DNA from: an uncultured archaeon
GTDB taxonomy: Archaea > Asgardarchaeota > Jordiarchaeia > Jordiarchaeales > Jordiarchaeaceae
Assembly: GCA_964510585.1 (NCBI GenBank)
Contig: CAZECW010000020.1
Span: forward strand, 1-32,000
Reading direction: 5' to 3'
DNA: 32,000 nucleotides
Shown here: piece by piece, positions 27,604-32,000 of the stretch
Position numbering within the stretch: the first letter of the stretch is position 1
Layout of the letters: every line of letters starts with the position of its first letter
Program-made: the position numbers and the translations under genes
Notes under the pieces: generated by a model
The model's input: only the letters and a program-made list of their open reading frames with translations
What the model was told of the DNA's origin: nothing
Databases searched by the model: none

Positions 27604-28683
27604 ATGGTTAGAGTTTGTGGAATTGATCCCGGAACTGGATCGTGGGATTTTATTGGGTTGGAAGATGGAAAAGTGATTCTAGACACTTCCATTTCCACGA
27701 AGAATATTGTTTCAACACCTTCACTGGTAATTGATGTGGTAAAGTCAATGGGCAACCTAGACCTAATTGTTGCTCCCAGCGGGTATGGTCTGCCACTCAC
27801 CAGAATTGATGAACTTGATGAGAAAAAATCCTTTCTTCTCACATTAAAGAGGGAGGAGGAGAGGAAACTAATAGGGCTGAATGAAGTGATTGAGCTTCTT
27901 AAACGTGAAAAAATAAACGGTTACTTCATTCCGGGAGTCAAACATTTACCCACCGTCCCAAAATTTAGAAAGGTGGGTAAAATAGATATGGGAACCTCAG
28001 ACAAACTTTGCAGCGTAGCACTTGCACTATATGAGGAGTCCAGAAGACTGCAAAAAGAATATAGTAAAATATCCTTTGTTCTGGTGGAGATGGGTAGCGG
28101 ATTCACTGCAGTTGTGGGAATCAAAAATGGACAAATAGTTGATGGGATAGGTGGAGCGGAAGGCGGTATCGGATTCTTGGCATGCGGGGGACTTGATGCA
28201 GAAGTAGCCTACTTATTGGGTAAGTTTGATAAGAACCTACTATATACGGGCGGAGCTGCATACATCGCTGGATATAATGGGTTAAGCCCACAGGAATTCG
28301 AAATTATGGCTGAGAGGGATGAACGTTTTAAAATGGCTTGGGAAGCCCTCTTGGAAAGCACCGTGAAGGACATTGCAGCAATCAATGTTTCGGTGGGTGG
28401 TATGCCCCAAATACTTCTTTCAGGTAGACTATCAAGGGTGGAAGGAATCCAAAGAGAACTTACCCAAAGATTATCAAGTTTTGCAGGTGTCAGGAGGGTT
28501 GAGGGATTCGCCAAAATCGCGAAGGAGGCGGCTCAGGGGGCGGCTCTAATTGCTGATGGATTGGCTGGAGGCAGTAACGAGGATTTGGTTGAATCTTTGA
28601 AGATTAGGGAAGCTTCGGGAACTGTTCTTGACTATGTTTATTTTAAAGAGATTGAGGAGTTGAGGGAGAAACTTGGTATTTAA
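27604..28683 (+). CDS. DUF1464 family protein (ASKHA fold, 'predicted butyrate kinase')
   Basis: GIDPGT, IVAPSGYG, DMGTSDK, EMGSGFTA, GQIVDGIGG, LSGR, KEAAQGAALIADG. Confidence 0.85.
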   Translation: MVRVCGIDPGTGSWDFIGLEDGKVILDTSISTKNIVSTPSLVIDVVKSMGNLDLIVAPSGYGLPLTRIDELDEKKSFLLTLKREEERKLIGLNEVIELLKREKINGYFIPGVKHLPTVPKFRKVGKIDMGTSDKLCSVALALYEESRRLQKEYSKISFVLVEMGSGFTAVVGIKNGQIVDGIGGAEGGIGFLACGGLDAEVAYLLGKFDKNLLYTGGAAYIAGYNGLSPQEFEIMAERDERFKMAWEALLESTVKDIAAINVSVGGMPQILLSGRLSRVEGIQRELTQRLSSFAGVRRVEGFAKIAKEAAQGAALIADGLAGGSNEDLVESLKIREASGTVLDYVYFKEIEELREKLGI

Positions 28684-29404
28684 CATCGCGTGGTGCATTA
28701 CGGGAGCCGGCCATTTCCTCCTTGAAAGCTTTGATGTATTCTTAAAATTATCTAGTAATAGGCAGTTTAAAATCACTACCTTTTTGTCGTGTGCAGGCGA
28801 AGAGGTGGCTCGCATTTATGGAGTTCTTGACAAGCTTAAGCAGATATCTCCGGGAGGCTACTATCAAGAAATAGTTTTGGAGAGGGAGCAGGGAAAGGGG
28901 TTTCCCAAGGCTGGTAGGCTTGCTAGGGGGACTTATGTTCTTCTTGTGATTTCGCCAGCAACAGCCAATACTGTAGCAAAGATAGCTTGCGGAATAGCGG
29001 ACACTTTGGTGACCTCCGCCTTTGCACAGGCACAGAAGGGAAACGTACCAGTATACATTGTACCTACAGATTATAAGGAGGGCATAGTTACCACAAAGCT
29101 ACCTGCTGTTATAGACCATGAAGCTTGTAGAGGCTGTGATACTTGTCCACCTCTAATAAAATGTTCAAGCAATGCCATTAAGATGGTTGAGAAGCCCAAC
29201 ATTGATTTGACCCTGTGCCGAGGCTGTAAAATATGTGTAGACCTATGTCCTTATGGGGCAATTAGTTTTGGAAAAGAGGTAAAAACTAGGGTGCGAAGAT
29301 TAGATGCAGAAAACGTGCGCAAAATATTGCTCTTTGAAGGTGTAACGGTTTTGGAGAACCCCTCCGAAATTTATGATGCTATTTTATCTCTGGGTGTGAG
29401 TTAA
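28673..29404 (+). CDS. dmrX: Dihydromethanopterin reductase (acceptor), flavoprotein with two [4Fe-4S] motifs
   Basis: IAWCITGAGH, SPATANTVAKI..GIADTLV, CRGCDTC...C and CRGCKICVDLCP. Confidence 0.88.
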   Translation: MVFNIAWCITGAGHFLLESFDVFLKLSSNRQFKITTFLSCAGEEVARIYGVLDKLKQISPGGYYQEIVLEREQGKGFPKAGRLARGTYVLLVISPATANTVAKIACGIADTLVTSAFAQAQKGNVPVYIVPTDYKEGIVTTKLPAVIDHEACRGCDTCPPLIKCSSNAIKMVEKPNIDLTLCRGCKICVDLCPYGAISFGKEVKTRVRRLDAENVRKILLFEGVTVLENPSEIYDAILSLGVS

Positions 29405-30964
29405 TTGAGGGTTTTACTGGTTACTGGGAGGCTGGCTAAAGAGTCCGTGGAGAGGGCTGCTTCTCAGAGTAGCCTAGAAGTTGACGTTGTCGAATTACCC
29501 GTTTCGGTGGCTGCCTTCTTATCTCCACACTTTATAGTTAAACAGTTAAAGAACAAAATTTCCAAAAAGTATGATTTGTTGATTGTTCCTGGTCTTGTGA
29601 AGGGGGATGTTAGCATAATTGAGGATGAACTGAAAATTCCAACTTTTAAAGGTCCAAGGTATGCCTCTGACATCCCACTGATTTTGGACAATTTAGATAT
29701 TCCCCTATCAAAGATCTATCCTGCGGATTATATTATTAAAAAAAGGGGCATAGAAGATTACCAATGTTTAATTTCCCAGTTGGAAAAAACCACCATTGAA
29801 AATTCTAGAAATTTCAAAATAGGAAAAGGAATAAAACCGGTTTATGTGGGTCTTGATTTTCCACCTAGAGTCCTGGCTGAGATAGTTGATGCTCCAAAAT
29901 TAGATTTGGAAAAAGTAGTTTCAACTGCAGAGTACTATATAGGTTCTGGGGCAAGCATAATAGATGTGGGGGCAGTGGTGGGTGAGGATAATTCAAGTAA
30001 ACTTGGGGAAATAATATCCCTCCTTAAGGAGAAATTTTTAGTGCCAGTATCAATTGATTCCATGCTTCCTTCCGAAATAGAGGTGGGGGTGGAAGCCGGG
30101 GCGGACTTAGTTTTGAGTTTGGATCAGGGTAATATAGAGGAGTTGAAGTCCCTGCCTAAGGATGTAGGCGTAGTTTTGCTTCCAACCAACGTTAAGATGG
30201 GGTTCCTGCCCAAAACAGCTAAGGAGCGGGTTGAAACTTTACTAAATTTGTATCAGACTGCTGAGGGATACGGATTCAAAAAAATCATTGTTGATCCCCT
30301 CCTAGAATCTCCAATCAGTCCCGGCCTATCTAAATCTTTGGAGTCCTACATACTATTCAGGAGAACTAATCAGTCTCTGCCCATGATGTTTGGGGTGGGA
30401 AACGTCACAGAATTTATGGATGTTGATAGTGTGGGAGTCAATGGTCTTTTAACTTGTTTAGCGGTAGAGCTTGGGGTATCTCTTCTTCTAACCACAGAGC
30501 ACAGTGTGAAAACTAGGCGTAGCGTATATGAACTTAGTAGGGCGGCCATGATGGCCTTCTTAGCTTCTAAAAGGGATAAAACATTAAAGGATTTGGGGTT
30601 GACATTGCTAAAATCAAAAAGTAAGACTGATTATGTAGAACCACGCGTTGAGGACGTTGAGGTGATAGAAACCGACGTAGCCGATGAGTCTTACGTTCCC
30701 GACCCTAAGGGATACTTCAAGATATGGGTTAACCATGAGGAGGGAAAATTATATGTACTATTTAGTGATTCAAGCTCAAATAGGGAGCTGTTGCTCAAAG
30801 GCTTGTCTGCGGAGGCTCTCGGCAAGAAAATTATTTCTTTAGGACTAGTTAGCAGAATGGATCACGCATTGTACCTTGGTAGAGAATTGAGTAAGGCTGA
30901 AACATGTTTACTTTTGGGCAAGAGCTATGCTCAAGATTTGAATATTTTCGGAGAGGATGAATAG
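29405..30964 (+). CDS. Dihydropteroate synthase-like protein (TIGR00284/MJ0107 type) with C-terminal DUF4346-like domain
   Basis: LLVTGRLA, FKGPRYASD, LAEIVDAP, GASIIDVG, VSIDS, FGVGNVTE..DVDSVGVN, C-terminal DPKGYFKI. Confidence 0.85.
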   Translation: MRVLLVTGRLAKESVERAASQSSLEVDVVELPVSVAAFLSPHFIVKQLKNKISKKYDLLIVPGLVKGDVSIIEDELKIPTFKGPRYASDIPLILDNLDIPLSKIYPADYIIKKRGIEDYQCLISQLEKTTIENSRNFKIGKGIKPVYVGLDFPPRVLAEIVDAPKLDLEKVVSTAEYYIGSGASIIDVGAVVGEDNSSKLGEIISLLKEKFLVPVSIDSMLPSEIEVGVEAGADLVLSLDQGNIEELKSLPKDVGVVLLPTNVKMGFLPKTAKERVETLLNLYQTAEGYGFKKIIVDPLLESPISPGLSKSLESYILFRRTNQSLPMMFGVGNVTEFMDVDSVGVNGLLTCLAVELGVSLLLTTEHSVKTRRSVYELSRAAMMAFLASKRDKTLKDLGLTLLKSKSKTDYVEPRVEDVEVIETDVADESYVPDPKGYFKIWVNHEEGKLYVLFSDSSSNRELLLKGLSAEALGKKIISLGLVSRMDHALYLGRELSKAETCLLLGKSYAQDLNIFGEDE

Positions 30965-31917
30965 TGGTGGAACTTCCAGATGTTCAAAACCAAGAAGCAC
31001 TGTTACCTATAGATCTGGATAAGGTGGGTCTAGTTGGAATAGTTAAACGTGTCAAAATAACTAAAGATGGCGAGGAAATTATACTATTACCTTCAATATC
31101 TGCATTCATCAATCTTCCTAGAAACATGAGGGGGATTCACATGTCTAGAAGCATTGAAACCATCGAGGAGATAATAGAGGAAATTTCCTATCGTCCCGTG
31201 GCAAGCATCGAGGAATTTTGTGAGAAACTAGTTAAGACACTTCTCGAGAAGCATGACTACGCTTCACATGCCACAGTTAATATGGAGAGCCCACTGATCT
31301 TCGATGTAAAAAGTGGAGAAACAGGGGTTAAGAGGCAAAAGAATTACATTGTGTATGTCAAAGCGGTGGGAGAAAGAAGGGAGGGAAAAATAGATACAAA
31401 AATCTTTTTGGGGGTGAGTGGCCAAGGCATGACTGTCTGTCCCTGTGGGCAAGAAATCACTAAAGACTATTCAAGAATTATGCTTAAAAATAGAGCTAGG
31501 GAACTCCAAATAAGTGATGAATCTATTGAAAAAATTTTAAACCTCGTACCCATAGCTTCACATAGCCAGAGGTGCAGGGCAAAAATAATGATAGAGGTTC
31601 CCAAAGAGCAATTAGTGGGCATGAAAGACCTTACCCAGATAATTGAGGAGTCTATGAGTGGTGTAACACAAGATGTCCTAAAGAGGCCAGACGAAGCCCA
31701 GCTAATACGCATAGCACATCTGAACCCCAAATTCGTCGAAGATACAGCTCGACAGATAATTTACCGGAGCGCTCAAAAGTTTAAAGAACTACCTGACTCC
31801 ACTGAAATAGTTGTTGAAGTGGAAAGCATGGAGTCCGTCCATGGCTACAATGCCTACGCCACAAAGGCAACCACCCTAGGAGAGATAAGAAAAGCGTTAA
31901 AACTATCCCCCAAATAA
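30964..31917 (+). CDS. mptA: GTP cyclohydrolase MptA (FolE2 family)
   Basis: GIHMSR, GMTVCPC, SHSQR, KRPDE, NPKFVED, ESVH; 1-nt overlap with the upstream stop. Confidence 0.93.
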   Translation: MVELPDVQNQEALLPIDLDKVGLVGIVKRVKITKDGEEIILLPSISAFINLPRNMRGIHMSRSIETIEEIIEEISYRPVASIEEFCEKLVKTLLEKHDYASHATVNMESPLIFDVKSGETGVKRQKNYIVYVKAVGERREGKIDTKIFLGVSGQGMTVCPCGQEITKDYSRIMLKNRARELQISDESIEKILNLVPIASHSQRCRAKIMIEVPKEQLVGMKDLTQIIEESMSGVTQDVLKRPDEAQLIRIAHLNPKFVEDTARQIIYRSAQKFKELPDSTEIVVEVESMESVHGYNAYATKATTLGEIRKALKLSPK

Positions 31918-32000
31918 CAATCTGTAAAACTTAAAACCACCAAAAAATGTAGAAAAAATAAATGATTGAGCGTGAAAAATTGAGATACGTGAAGCCCATT

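Noticed and set aside
1-32000. tRNA/rRNA genes, CRISPR arrays, IS elements, selenocysteine recoding
   Set aside because: No cloverleaf or T-loop motifs in spacers, no repeat-spacer periodicity, no transposase or terminal repeats, and no conserved domain interrupted by TGA

Overview
Archaeal chromosomal window with about 27 CDS. No tRNA, rRNA, CRISPR array or mobile element was seen. Archaeal signs are GGAGG/GGTGA ribosome-binding sites, BRE-TATA promoters, an HMf-type histone and methanopterin genes. A Sulfolobales-like pur gene order combined with a histone, a CdvA-like coiled-coil protein and H4MPT biosynthesis points to a TACK or Asgard lineage (inference only). Layout: small membrane protein; purC-purS-purQ-purL-purF-purF'-purD-purE; FAD oxidoreductase; orphan; GH2 beta-mannosidase; small Cys-rich protein resembling the primase PriL Fe-S domain; geranylgeranyl reductase family protein; histone; chlD-type AAA+/vWA chelatase subunit; degenerate CofD; SPFH protein; orphan; TIGR00341/DUF389 protein; Zn-ribbon/CdvA-like protein; 8-Cys protein; endonuclease IV; and a five-gene methanopterin operon (mptG, DUF1464, dmrX, DHPS-like, mptA). 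The strongest hidden signal is a double slippery site (G_GGU_UUU / U_UUU_UUU) followed almost immediately by a -1 frame stop, located at the AAA+/linker boundary of chlD, which could yield a ChlI-sized subunit from the same gene. Also notable: kb-scale A+C to G+T strand-skew flips (one inside purD), a miniature PriL-CTD-like protein, a CofD pseudoenzyme with an amphipathic tail, and a triple-repeat CdvA-like protein. All family assignments come from motif recognition by eye; no database searches were run.
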